A stretch of 64,000 bases of DNA, taken from IMG/VR virus record IMGVR_UViG_3300020469_000030; one strand, given 5' to 3'. Below, piece by piece: positions 1 through 10,340 of the stretch. Made by a program: the position numbers and the translations under genes. The stretch comes from an uncultured virus (IMG/VR IMGVR_UViG_3300020469_000030) (lineage: Duplodnaviria; Heunggongvirae; Uroviricota; Caudoviricetes). The notes beneath the pieces are model-generated. The model made no database searches. It was given only the letters and a program-made list of their open reading frames with translations, and was not told the origin of the DNA. How positions within the stretch are numbered: the stretch's first letter is position 1; each line of letters starts with the position of its first letter.

Positions 1-452
1 TCTTTTTCTCCATCCTCGGTTGCTGCATGATACCAAGCTTGACTGGTTCTGTAATCGCGGTGCATTAGTCTATCTAAACAACCATATGTTTCCATTTCAT
101 GTTCATATACATAATCTATAAAATTTTGGATCTCTTCAGGGGAAGTGTTTTCACCTACCCATTCATCCCAACCTGCTGATCCAGATTCAAGAAGCCTATC
201 ATAATTATGATACAGATACGACCAGTCTACCATCTGAACTCTTGAGTTTCCATCTTTATCGATAAAATCGGGATGAGCAGGATCAACACCTGTATCAATA
301 CAAAATACATCAACACCAGTACCGTCTATATCATTATTCATAAACTCTACATCAGCTATAAACTTGTTAGGGTCCCATTGAGCATATTGGTGCAGGTTAC
401 TATAACTTCCTGAAAAGTTAGACGAATGTGGCTGTCTCTGTGTATATGACAT
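1..452 (-). CDS. Subtilisin-like S8 serine protease, N-terminal part (runs off the left edge; absent from the ORF track)
   Basis: Manual translation from ATG at 452: MSYTQRQPHSSNFSGSYSNLHQYAQWDPNKFIADVEFMNNDIDGTGVDVFCIDTGVDPAHPDFIDKDGNSRV..., open to the edge. G-x-G-V-x-V-x-x-I-D-T-G...H-P-D-F is the subtilase catalytic-Asp motif. Catalytic His and Ser are not visible in the window. Confidence 0.8.
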   Translation of the reverse strand, partial: MSYTQRQPHSSNFSGSYSNLHQYAQWDPNKFIADVEFMNNDIDGTGVDVFCIDTGVDPAHPDFIDKDGNSRVQMVDWSYLYHNYDRLLESGSAGWDEWVGENTSPEEIQNFIDYVYEHEMETYGCLDRLMHRDYRTSQAWYHAATEDGEK

Positions 453-459
453 ATTTTTC

Positions 460-3400
460 CTATATTGTTATTGAAAACGGTTCTATAACTGATACAATGT
501 ATACTATGTTTGGATATAAATATATGTCCGGTTGGTTTGTTACCCAGATTACAAGCCCAGAATTAAATTCTTTAATATATACAATATTTTGTATATTAGA
601 ATCAAATATGATTGACGCGAGAGTAGCTACATTTCTTGGTAATGAAAATATATTATCACCTACAGTAAAATTAATATCAGTAGCTGCAAAAGTATTTCCA
701 GGAATTTTAAGTTTATAGCCGCGATTTGCATGGAATTCTGATGAGAATCTGATTAAATAAGCTCTAGATTTGTTCAGATTAAATGTGTCACCAGCATCTA
801 CTCCAAGCGTTGTATCTGTAATTGTATTTAAGTTGGTAGGAATATGAAACGGCACTTGTTCTTCACCAGAATTGTTTTCCCACCAGCTAGGATTGTTATC
901 CCACTGAAAAGTAAAGCCGGAATTAGGTGAAAAAGTACTTAGTGAATCAGTTCCTATTAGTGGCCAGAACACATTCGCACCATTCTTTAACAAGTACGGT
1001 GCATATGAATACCCTAAATTTTGAAAATATCCATTCCCTGGTAAGGTAGCTGCAATAGATGTAGGTGTGAGGGTAGGAAAATACATTGTTTGTGCTCCAG
1101 GTGAAAAAGTAACTGTTTCAATATCTACAAGAGGACCTGTAAAACGTATTTCAAGATATGGTATGTTTACTAAAATCTTATAACCTCTAGTTGGAATGTG
1201 AGGTTCAATAGGCTCAAAATCTGGTGCATTTAAAGTATAGATATTTTCAGTAAGATCAGCACCGTGAGTGTAAGGCTGTAACTGTCCAGCAGTCCACGTA
1301 GGATTATTAACATATGTAATTGCAGATATATAACCATTATTATTAACCTGTGTATCAGTATTTTGCCAATATAAATTCTGTTCTATTACTTGTTGGATAT
1401 CTACAGGACCAATATCAATATAAGTTCCAATTGTATTCCACCCTTCGTTTAACGGAATTTTCTGAGTATATATAGGAGATTCTTGACTAGGTGTATGTTG
1501 AGTAAAATAATTTTCCGTATTTTCAAGAAAATCATTATAATCTAGTTCTACTACCTCATTAATTATTTCAGGTACAGTATTTGGAGGTACTTTAGTACTT
1601 AACCAAGTTGTAGTATCTTGTGTAACACCAAACTCAGTATTTATAATAGGAATATTAAATGCTTCATATGTTTTAAGTTGATAAGCTTTACCAGGTGTAA
1701 TTGTATTAAATCCAGCATTTTCAGGGCCACCTTGTTCTGCAGGTATCCAAACCGCACCTAAATCATCTTTCATTATATCGAGAACATCAGAAGAAACACC
1801 ATTGCCTGCATCATCAGGCATATCACCTACAACATCGATAGAATCTATATTAGAAAAGTAATCAGCAGCCCATTCTTCTATAGGCCGTTCTACGGGATGT
1901 AATACAGGTATTATTTGCCAACCTTCTATTATCTCCTGAGTTGTGTCTCTAATGATTGAACCTGATAAGTGTAGATATAATGTTTCGTCTGTTTCATTTT
2001 TTATTTGATACCCTTGCATATTATTCCAATCTAGTGCATCAAAATCACCACCTGTAACTACACCTAAATAATTTTTTATTAATAGTATTTCCCGATCTTC
2101 ACCGTCAAGAGGATTTAAAACTTGGTTACCATCACTATTAAATAAGAAGTTATCAAAAAGGTAACGAGTAGATGAGCCATTATAATTAGCAAAATCATCA
2201 GCATAGTATTCTTCTATATCTAGATATGAAGAAATCATACTCCAACCAGGTTCTATTTCAATCGTTTGTAATTGCGTTGCTGAAGTTATTACTTGTGTTG
2301 GTTGGTTAGCATTTATATTATTATCAAATGTAAACGATAGTTGCTCTTTGTCAGGGTTTAAGAATACTATACCTTGACCTGGTGATATTTTAGTCGTATC
2401 CTTCAATCCTTCTACTTCATAAGTAAAAGGAAAAGGATCATTAAAATATTCGTCTGTAAGGCTTACAAAATATACGTTGCCAGGTATTAAGTTATTTAAT
2501 AAACTTACTTCTGGTGTCCAAAATAGTCCTGAAACATCTTTAACTATTATTATATACGGCAATAGTGGTCGAATTGGATTATCTAAATGAGTAATAGGTA
2601 ATGCTTCGTCGTGAAAATAAGGGAAATTAGGTGCAGCTACATTATTTACTGATTGATTGAAGTTAATAACAGTACTTTGTTTGGTACCTGGTATTTCTAA
2701 TACCAAATCAACACTAGATGGACTTGCTACTAATTGATAAGGCACACCTACTTGAATATCTTGACCTATTAAAGATGCATCAGGTGTCCAGAAATTCCCA
2801 CTATTCTCTTTTATTAACTGAATAGCATCTTGTACTACTTCACCTGTTTCTGCATTTTTAATATAATTATTAAATATATATTCAAAACTTGTATTATCTG
2901 GTAATACATTAAGTATTATCCATGTGTAACCGGCGCTAGTGGGATGTGTTGATAACGTTATAGTTTGAATACCTGTTGAATCAACAGTGCCTTGAATAGA
3001 TGCATCAATTGTGTTAGTAGGCGATGTTTGTACTTTATGATTATTATTTGCAGATGTATAAGTAGATAGTATTTCAGATTGAAATGTTAATGGATAACCT
3101 AACCAGGATTCGGTTGTTAAATTTACCGTTATATCTATTCTATCGATTACATTGCCTGAAAATTCTAGGGTTAAAAATGATACAGGAGAATCTGTGAAAG
3201 GGTCAGGCATATTTAATTCTATCGTTACTTTATACATGCTAGCATTATTCCATAGCATATCATCGTTTAAAGTTCCAGCTGTAACGATATCTAATGTAGA
3301 ATTTTGTAATTGAAAATTCATATCTGATAAATGTTCAATAGATACAGGATTTCCCGATGGCCATTTTATGTTATTTAATACTATACCCCTTACAGGTAAT

Positions 3401-5823
3401 TCTTGTAAATCTATATATGAACTTATATAATTCATACCATTAGATAATGGTACAGATTGTATTCTTATATTGGATAAACTAGAGCCTAATAATGAAGGTC
3501 CAATATAACCAATTAAATTCCACCCTTTATTCAAATATACTTCACCATTATAAGCTGACGGATATTGTAAATCAATCCCATAACTGCCAGATGTAATAAT
3601 CTTATATCCTTTACCAGGTTCTAAATATTTTAATGACGGATTATTTTGCGTAGTATGGGTCCATTTATTACCATCACCATCCTCTACAGATACAATCGAT
3701 GATGAAAAAGGTGTACCTGCTAAATTACCTCGTATATTACCTGCTTGATTACTACCACCTGCAAGAGAGCTTAAAACTGTTCCCTCACTGGAATTGTTTA
3801 TATTAAGTGGTCCAATATAAGCAAAATAATTAGTTTTATTAGGTGGCAAATGAATAGGTTCTGTTATAGTATACGGTGCCCATGACATAGTTAATTCACC
3901 GTTAAAATTACTATTAATATAGTAACCACGTCCTGATTGTAGTGATAGTAACGTAGCATTATCAGGATCTGCTATGTTCCATTTTTTACCAGACTCATTA
4001 CGAATTTCAATTATAAAATCCTTAAGATTAATATTTTCTGCAGCAAGAATACCATCTACAACTTCATAATTTACACTATTAGATTTGGCTGTTATAATAT
4101 TATTAGTAATAGCGTTTAAACTAGTATCAAAAGATATAGCTTGTTCGTCTGGGTAGTATAAATTATTTGTTATAGTATTGCGTATTGTTCGATTATTATT
4201 AATAGTGCTGGAAAAGCTTGCTAAAATATTTGGATAGGTATTTGGTATATTATAAGATTCATTATTTAGTAATTGATTAGATAAATCTATTGTTTCAATT
4301 GATTGCTCGACCACCGCATCTATATTATTAGAAAATACTACAAGGACAGATTCTTGAGCTTCTATTAAGTAACTATTACCAGGTGTTAAATATAACCCAG
4401 TATTTATATTTTCAGTGTAAACTTTACCATCACTAGAAAGAATACTGTTAATATTTGATAATTCTGAACCAAATAGATCTTCTACCCGGCTAACCTCTGT
4501 TGATAAGTATGGCATTAAAACAGAGTTGCCTGGCTCAATTATTATTTGCTGATTTTTTATTACATTGCCGGTTATAGAAACCCAAAAAGGTTGTTTAGCA
4601 TTAACAATAAATCCTTTGTTATTATACCAGTAGTCTTCAAGTGTATTTGTAATACTGCCTAGTTTAAAGATATTACCATTAACATCCTGAATATTATCAA
4701 TAAAGTCGTCCCAGTTTGTTGTTATTGAACTTCCAAAGGTCTCTCCAAAGTAAAAACCAGTAAAAATTTCGCTAAATTTTTTGCCATGTAAATTAATATA
4801 AGAAGATATAAAATTAGAACCAGATTTAACATATATTACTTGGGTTTGTTCAGGTGATGTATTATTACTAGGTGTAAATATACAAGAGCCGTCATCATAT
4901 ATTATTGATGGATCATAGTTAACAGCTAATGGTGATGTACATCCTCTATTAATAGGTGCTATAGGGTCATTAGCTGATGGTGTATTACCTTCAGGATTAA
5001 ATAATATTCCATCTGATACTACAGGCCACTCTACATCATCAGGCTCTGTAGTTGATAACCACTGATTAGTGTTTTCTACAGTATTAAACGCACCAGAATC
5101 ATCTTTTTCAATATCCCATTCTAACGATTGAATTCCAATCGGTGTCATAATACTTTTTGATTCAACAGAACCTGTTAAAACGAACTCTTCTATAATACTT
5201 GCTTGATCTTCTATTAAATCATCGTTAGGAAGTGTGCACCTTCCTATACCCCAATTTAGAGGCAAATCACCTGGGTTTGTAGAATACTCTCCAAACACTC
5301 TTTGGCTACTGCTAAAATAATTAGTTACATAACCATCTGATTTTGATACTACATCGGAAGCAGATATAAATCTTACTTCAGTAATTTTACTGGCGTATTT
5401 AACAAATGATCTATTTTTCGCTGATGACCCGGGACCGTATTTATCTGTAGGTATATTATCGCTATACGTTTTATATCTTGTGTTTAATTGTGAGACATAA
5501 GCATCACCTAAATCATAACTATGGGATGGAAAATAACCTTGATGGTGTTTGTCATGTCTAATATGCCATGGAACATCGAACTTTTGTTCTCTAACATAAT
5601 CTAGTGTAGAATCATTATTAGGCTCAGATACTATAATTTTATCGATTGAATCATGTTTAATAGAATAGATATTAAATTTACTATCAGCTTTTACTAAAAT
5701 CATGTTTTTTACATGTCTCATTTTAGATAGTACTTTTATATTACTATTATTAATATATATACCGAGAATTTCACGTATAAATCTATCTGTTGTAGTATAT
5801 GTATGTCGTATAATATATTTCAA
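460..5823 (-). CDS. Large repeat-rich putative virion/surface protein (1787 aa) with a subtilase-prodomain-like N-terminus and repeated beta-sandwich-like modules
   Basis: TTG start preceded by TAGGAG. Repeated modules begin LxxGWNxI/SSYI and end LxPGxGYxI. One GCTSPLAVNYDPSIIYDDGSC motif. LNWGIGRCT near residue 190. Confidence 0.6.
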   Translation of the reverse strand: MKYIIRHTYTTTDRFIREILGIYINNSNIKVLSKMRHVKNMILVKADSKFNIYSIKHDSIDKIIVSEPNNDSTLDYVREQKFDVPWHIRHDKHHQGYFPSHSYDLGDAYVSQLNTRYKTYSDNIPTDKYGPGSSAKNRSFVKYASKITEVRFISASDVVSKSDGYVTNYFSSSQRVFGEYSTNPGDLPLNWGIGRCTLPNDDLIEDQASIIEEFVLTGSVESKSIMTPIGIQSLEWDIEKDDSGAFNTVENTNQWLSTTEPDDVEWPVVSDGILFNPEGNTPSANDPIAPINRGCTSPLAVNYDPSIIYDDGSCIFTPSNNTSPEQTQVIYVKSGSNFISSYINLHGKKFSEIFTGFYFGETFGSSITTNWDDFIDNIQDVNGNIFKLGSITNTLEDYWYNNKGFIVNAKQPFWVSITGNVIKNQQIIIEPGNSVLMPYLSTEVSRVEDLFGSELSNINSILSSDGKVYTENINTGLYLTPGNSYLIEAQESVLVVFSNNIDAVVEQSIETIDLSNQLLNNESYNIPNTYPNILASFSSTINNNRTIRNTITNNLYYPDEQAISFDTSLNAITNNIITAKSNSVNYEVVDGILAAENINLKDFIIEIRNESGKKWNIADPDNATLLSLQSGRGYYINSNFNGELTMSWAPYTITEPIHLPPNKTNYFAYIGPLNINNSSEGTVLSSLAGGSNQAGNIRGNLAGTPFSSSIVSVEDGDGNKWTHTTQNNPSLKYLEPGKGYKIITSGSYGIDLQYPSAYNGEVYLNKGWNLIGYIGPSLLGSSLSNIRIQSVPLSNGMNYISSYIDLQELPVRGIVLNNIKWPSGNPVSIEHLSDMNFQLQNSTLDIVTAGTLNDDMLWNNASMYKVTIELNMPDPFTDSPVSFLTLEFSGNVIDRIDITVNLTTESWLGYPLTFQSEILSTYTSANNNHKVQTSPTNTIDASIQGTVDSTGIQTITLSTHPTSAGYTWIILNVLPDNTSFEYIFNNYIKNAETGEVVQDAIQLIKENSGNFWTPDASLIGQDIQVGVPYQLVASPSSVDLVLEIPGTKQSTVINFNQSVNNVAAPNFPYFHDEALPITHLDNPIRPLLPYIIIVKDVSGLFWTPEVSLLNNLIPGNVYFVSLTDEYFNDPFPFTYEVEGLKDTTKISPGQGIVFLNPDKEQLSFTFDNNINANQPTQVITSATQLQTIEIEPGWSMISSYLDIEEYYADDFANYNGSSTRYLFDNFLFNSDGNQVLNPLDGEDREILLIKNYLGVVTGGDFDALDWNNMQGYQIKNETDETLYLHLSGSIIRDTTQEIIEGWQIIPVLHPVERPIEEWAADYFSNIDSIDVVGDMPDDAGNGVSSDVLDIMKDDLGAVWIPAEQGGPENAGFNTITPGKAYQLKTYEAFNIPIINTEFGVTQDTTTWLSTKVPPNTVPEIINEVVELDYNDFLENTENYFTQHTPSQESPIYTQKIPLNEGWNTIGTYIDIGPVDIQQVIEQNLYWQNTDTQVNNNGYISAITYVNNPTWTAGQLQPYTHGADLTENIYTLNAPDFEPIEPHIPTRGYKILVNIPYLEIRFTGPLVDIETVTFSPGAQTMYFPTLTPTSIAATLPGNGYFQNLGYSYAPYLLKNGANVFWPLIGTDSLSTFSPNSGFTFQWDNNPSWWENNSGEEQVPFHIPTNLNTITDTTLGVDAGDTFNLNKSRAYLIRFSSEFHANRGYKLKIPGNTFAATDINFTVGDNIFSLPRNVATLASIIFDSNIQNIVYIKEFNSGLVIWVTNQPDIYLYPNIVYIVSVIEPFSITI

Positions 5824-5831
5824 AACTACTC

Positions 5832-8800
5832 CTAATCAGGTATTATAGCACCACCTGCTGAGATCGATATTTTATTCCAATATCCTGTAAATCTTTCGAA
5901 GATGAAAAATTCCTGCTCTGCTGAAGTTACAGTTTCAGTTAGATTAACCTTAACATTACCAGAATTATTATTAACAATACTCGCAGCTGTGATAGCACTA
6001 GGTTCATGTGATTGAACAAAACTGCCTATACCTGTAGAAGGATCAATTGCACCGCGTTCAACATTTAGAGTGTATTCAAATGTACCATTATTTACAGTCT
6101 GATAGGCTATGCTTACAATTAACATCCACTCGTTATTAATAAATATTGTATCATTAATACCTAAACTGACAGGTGAACCTGCAGGTGCACAAGCTGGTGT
6201 GTGAATGAGATATACAACATTATCACTATCAGAGCTTGACAATTCATCTCTTAATAGAAGGTTAGTGTTAATTACACCTGTTGTTGTGGTAGAAGATCCA
6301 GCAGCAACAGTTGCAATTTCACCGCCGCGGAGCTCCGTTACATTAACAGTTGATAAATGAGCAGAACTAGAGAATAATGGCGGTGATATTAATGTATTAA
6401 AAGGTATATTTGTTTTATAACTATCAACTCTTGAGTTAATATAAAAATTAGGTGTTGACATTACTATTTCTGAAGTTGGTGTTGTAGTAAATATTTGAAT
6501 ACTACCAGAAGATGCAATAGTTTGTGCTGGAACAAGATTAGCAATATCTCTTGTTACTAATTCTTTACCATCCCAGTATAGTATACCGTTGTTGCTATAA
6601 ATTGTATTATTAATACCTGTAGGATTCCCGACAATTGAAACTCCCGGTGTTATTATATTTTTTAAAAAAGATGATATTTCATCAACTTTAAGTGATGAAC
6701 GTACCACAACTTGTCCTGATGATAATACAGCTGAGTCAGGCGATAGTATTAATACTGGCGATGGTGATGTTATTACTGCTGATGCATTTGATGATATATT
6801 AAATGAGGCATTTTCAAGTAGGTTAAAGGAACCTGATAAGTATATGTTATCTGAAAATTCAGTATCTCCTGCGATAAGATTATTTGCAATAGATGATGAG
6901 TATGTAGAGCCAATAGATATAGAACTCCCTGTTATACAAAGTTTATCTGAGTTTATTACAGCTCCATAATCTTGAGATGATATAGTTAATCTGTTATTAT
7001 TAATTGAATCAAGCACAATCGAGCTAGCATTACCTAGAGATGCGCTAATGTGAAGTGCAAAATCAGGTTCAGGAACGTTTATACCAAGTCTTGGCAACCC
7101 GCCCTTGAAGGTAAAAAGTTTATTAGGTAGCTGTTGTAAATAGCCGAGTTCAGTATTAGCTACAGAAGCATATCTACTATTAGCAGTTATTTCAAATAAT
7201 GTGGTGTTAGAAAATGTTGTTGATGATGGATGTAAGGTTGTTAATGTATCACTTTGTGTTGTAATACTTAATACTCCTTCTAGTCCAGCAGAGCCTGTGA
7301 ATGGAAATCCTGCTCCTGAACCACCGTCACCACCTGTAAATAATTGACCATTTTTATAGTATTCTGTTGCATATACAGGACCTAAAACTTCTAGCTTTGC
7401 AATACCGGAACCTGTACCACGAAGTTCTTTTGTTTGTATATAACCACTTGAACTTATATCTCCATTTATATCTAATGCTGTAACGCCTGACGGGCCGGTT
7501 AATCTATGGGTGTTGATAGTAGATGCAGATATAAATCCAGCACTACCTGATACATATAATGAGCCTGTTATAATAGCTGAACCGCTAAAATCGCTTAATG
7601 TACCATTAGCTCCATCTGAACCATCTGAACCATCTGAACCATCAACACCTGCAGAACCAGATTCACCTTGAATACCTTGTTCACCTCTCAATTCGATTTT
7701 TGCATTAGATAACGTAACATGAGTTATATTATCACTTAATTTAAATACAATATCATTATTTTGGAAAAATGATTCTGAAACGGATGAACCGCTAGGTCCA
7801 GTTGCTCCGATTGCACCATCTGCACCATCTGCTCCTATAACGCCCTGCTCTCCTTGTAGACCTTGTTCTCCTTGAGAGCCTGATTCACCTTGCAATCCTT
7901 GAGGTCCTCGTATATTACCTATATTAGTCCATTGTTCATCTGACCATACAATACCTTGACCAGCAGAACCTGATACACCGTTACCAGCATTACCATCTTC
8001 TGATAATAAATACATACTACCTGACACTAAGTTTTCCGTTGGTAGTAATACTATATTGTTAGGAGTGTTAGTACCAAGAATTGTTACACCACTCCCATCT
8101 TTACCAGCTTCACCTTGTTCACCTTGCTCACCTTTAAGGGTTGTTACAGCATCTGTCAAGTTAAAAGATGTATTTTGATCAGATAAAACAAATTCTATAT
8201 CATTACCGTTAAAGTTTGCACTTGCAATATGTAATCCGATATCACCTTTTAGAGTAGATGCAGCATCTTGAAGGGTTACACTTTCATTATTTGATAAAGT
8301 AAAAACAATATCATTGCTATTAAAAGTGGACTCAGAAACAAATGCTCCTTGTTCACCTGTATCACCTTTTACAGTACCTGCTGTAATTACACCAATACCG
8401 GAGTCTAAAGTTAACTCTAATTGTCCTTGTGCATTTACGTTAGCATTAGTAAAGCTTGCGCCTTGCTCACCTTTGAGAATAGTTTTAGCATCTGTTAATG
8501 TTATATTTATACCAGAAGATAGTGAAAATACAATATCGTTACCTGAAAAATTAGAGCCTGTTACATAAGAACCGTCTGCACCAGCTTGCCCGTCTGCACC
8601 ATCTAGTCCAGGTACTCCTTGTTCTCCTTGTTCTCCAGCTAATGGAGTTATATCAGCAACAGGAACCCATGAACCGCCTTGCTTCTGCCTTATTAAATAT
8701 ATGTTTGTTTGTAAATGAAAATCACCGTTTACACCGTCTCCACTTGCTGGTTCTACAATTCCACTAAACCATGTAGCTCCAGCTTGACCATCATTTCCAT

Positions 8801-10331
8801 CCTCACCATCAGCTCCCGCCTCACCAGTTAATCCTGTCTCACCTTGGTTCCCTTGATTACCTTTTACTCCTTGAATACCCTGGATTCCTTGAATACCCTG
8901 GATTCCTTGAATTCCTTGATCACCTTTCAATGTTGCTTTAGCATCTGATAATGTAACATGCGTTATAGTATCTGATAGTTGGAATATAATATCATCCCCT
9001 TGAAAGAATGATTGTGATACTGATGAACCTGATGGTCCTGTTTCGCCTGTTATACCGCTTGGACCTTCAGAACCAGATTCACCTTGAATACCTTGTGGTC
9101 CTCTAATAGGTCCAACATTTGTCCAAGATTCATTTGACCATGTAATACCATCACCAGCATTACCGGATACAGAGCCATCTGAACCATTTGCACTTAATAT
9201 GTACATGCTACCAGAATCTAATCCTGATGTTGGTAGACCGTTTATGTATGTAGCTGTTTCTGTTCCGAGAATTGTTACTCCTGAGCCATCTGAGCCTGAC
9301 TCACCCTGAGGACCAATTTCGCCTTGTAGCCCACGAGGGCCTTCTGGACCAATTTCGCCTTGTAGCCCACGAGGACCTTCTGGGCCGGTTGAGCCTGAAG
9401 GTCCGAGGAGACTCTCTGTTGCATTTAAAATAGAAGTCGAAGTATTATCATCAAACGTAAATACCATACTACCACCATCGAATGCAATAGTAGCTACCTC
9501 TTTAGCATCAGCACCGGGTATTCCATCTAAACCTGCAGAACCTGAAGGACCGCGTTCACCTGGTGCTCCAGGTGCTCCATCAGAACCGGTTATAGGATCG
9601 GTAGTATATTGTAAAGTAGCATCAGAAGAATTGAAAGTTATTTGTCCAGTAGTGGCAGAATAAACAACACTTGTAAACCCTGGACCTGGTTGACCAGGTG
9701 GTCCTTGTTCTCCTGGTACACCTTGTTCACCATTCTCACCATCTTGCCCGTATATATTACCTACTAGTACAGACCACGTACTACCATTGTATCTATATAA
9801 CGCACCTGTGTTAAGTCTAAGATATAAATCATTAGGGTTTAGAACAGTACCAACACCATCTCCTGTTGCAAAATAAGTAGAGGGTATTCCATTAGCACCG
9901 TACCATTGAGTACCTTGTAGTGAATTTAAGAATCCTTGCTCGGATGTATCACCACCATAATTACCACCATTTTCAACCCATATATCATAGGCAGAAGCAC
10001 CATTTCCACCTGTTGTTGTAATAGGATCAGATGGATTACCAGACCCTAACTCTTGCCAGTTGTCTGCATTTCCGTATTCAGCATCAGAAACATCTGTACC
10101 TACATACATATAGTATTTATTGGTATCAGCTGTTTTTACTATCATACCCTCGGTACGATGTAACTCACGTATACCTGAATCAGGAAAATATTCATTTGGA
10201 TAATTATCATTACCTGCAGCTGATAGAGTCGCTATAACACGTACACCACCTTTTATAGCATCTATATGTACAATAGGCTCTACATTTTGATTAACGTATA
10301 ATCCTTTAGAAAACTGAAGCTCGAATCCCAT
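5832..10331 (-). CDS. Collagen-like (Gly-X-Y) fibre protein, 1499 aa
   Basis: Many G-X-Y runs ([22 protein letters not shown]) interrupted by repeated globular modules; distinct C-terminal region. Confidence 0.75.
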   Translation of the reverse strand: MGFELQFSKGLYVNQNVEPIVHIDAIKGGVRVIATLSAAGNDNYPNEYFPDSGIRELHRTEGMIVKTADTNKYYMYVGTDVSDAEYGNADNWQELGSGNPSDPITTTGGNGASAYDIWVENGGNYGGDTSEQGFLNSLQGTQWYGANGIPSTYFATGDGVGTVLNPNDLYLRLNTGALYRYNGSTWSVLVGNIYGQDGENGEQGVPGEQGPPGQPGPGFTSVVYSATTGQITFNSSDATLQYTTDPITGSDGAPGAPGERGPSGSAGLDGIPGADAKEVATIAFDGGSMVFTFDDNTSTSILNATESLLGPSGSTGPEGPRGLQGEIGPEGPRGLQGEIGPQGESGSDGSGVTILGTETATYINGLPTSGLDSGSMYILSANGSDGSVSGNAGDGITWSNESWTNVGPIRGPQGIQGESGSEGPSGITGETGPSGSSVSQSFFQGDDIIFQLSDTITHVTLSDAKATLKGDQGIQGIQGIQGIQGIQGVKGNQGNQGETGLTGEAGADGEDGNDGQAGATWFSGIVEPASGDGVNGDFHLQTNIYLIRQKQGGSWVPVADITPLAGEQGEQGVPGLDGADGQAGADGSYVTGSNFSGNDIVFSLSSGINITLTDAKTILKGEQGASFTNANVNAQGQLELTLDSGIGVITAGTVKGDTGEQGAFVSESTFNSNDIVFTLSNNESVTLQDAASTLKGDIGLHIASANFNGNDIEFVLSDQNTSFNLTDAVTTLKGEQGEQGEAGKDGSGVTILGTNTPNNIVLLPTENLVSGSMYLLSEDGNAGNGVSGSAGQGIVWSDEQWTNIGNIRGPQGLQGESGSQGEQGLQGEQGVIGADGADGAIGATGPSGSSVSESFFQNNDIVFKLSDNITHVTLSNAKIELRGEQGIQGESGSAGVDGSDGSDGSDGANGTLSDFSGSAIITGSLYVSGSAGFISASTINTHRLTGPSGVTALDINGDISSSGYIQTKELRGTGSGIAKLEVLGPVYATEYYKNGQLFTGGDGGSGAGFPFTGSAGLEGVLSITTQSDTLTTLHPSSTTFSNTTLFEITANSRYASVANTELGYLQQLPNKLFTFKGGLPRLGINVPEPDFALHISASLGNASSIVLDSINNNRLTISSQDYGAVINSDKLCITGSSISIGSTYSSSIANNLIAGDTEFSDNIYLSGSFNLLENASFNISSNASAVITSPSPVLILSPDSAVLSSGQVVVRSSLKVDEISSFLKNIITPGVSIVGNPTGINNTIYSNNGILYWDGKELVTRDIANLVPAQTIASSGSIQIFTTTPTSEIVMSTPNFYINSRVDSYKTNIPFNTLISPPLFSSSAHLSTVNVTELRGGEIATVAAGSSTTTTGVINTNLLLRDELSSSDSDNVVYLIHTPACAPAGSPVSLGINDTIFINNEWMLIVSIAYQTVNNGTFEYTLNVERGAIDPSTGIGSFVQSHEPSAITAASIVNNNSGNVKVNLTETVTSAEQEFFIFERFTGYWNKISISAGGAIIPD
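9310..9381. repeat. 36-bp tandem duplication within collagen-coding sequence
   Basis: ggaccaatttcgccttgtagcccacgagg(g/a)ccttct occurs twice in tandem with one mismatch, encoding [12 protein letters not shown] x2. Confidence 0.9.
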
Positions 10332-10340
10332 AATATTCCC

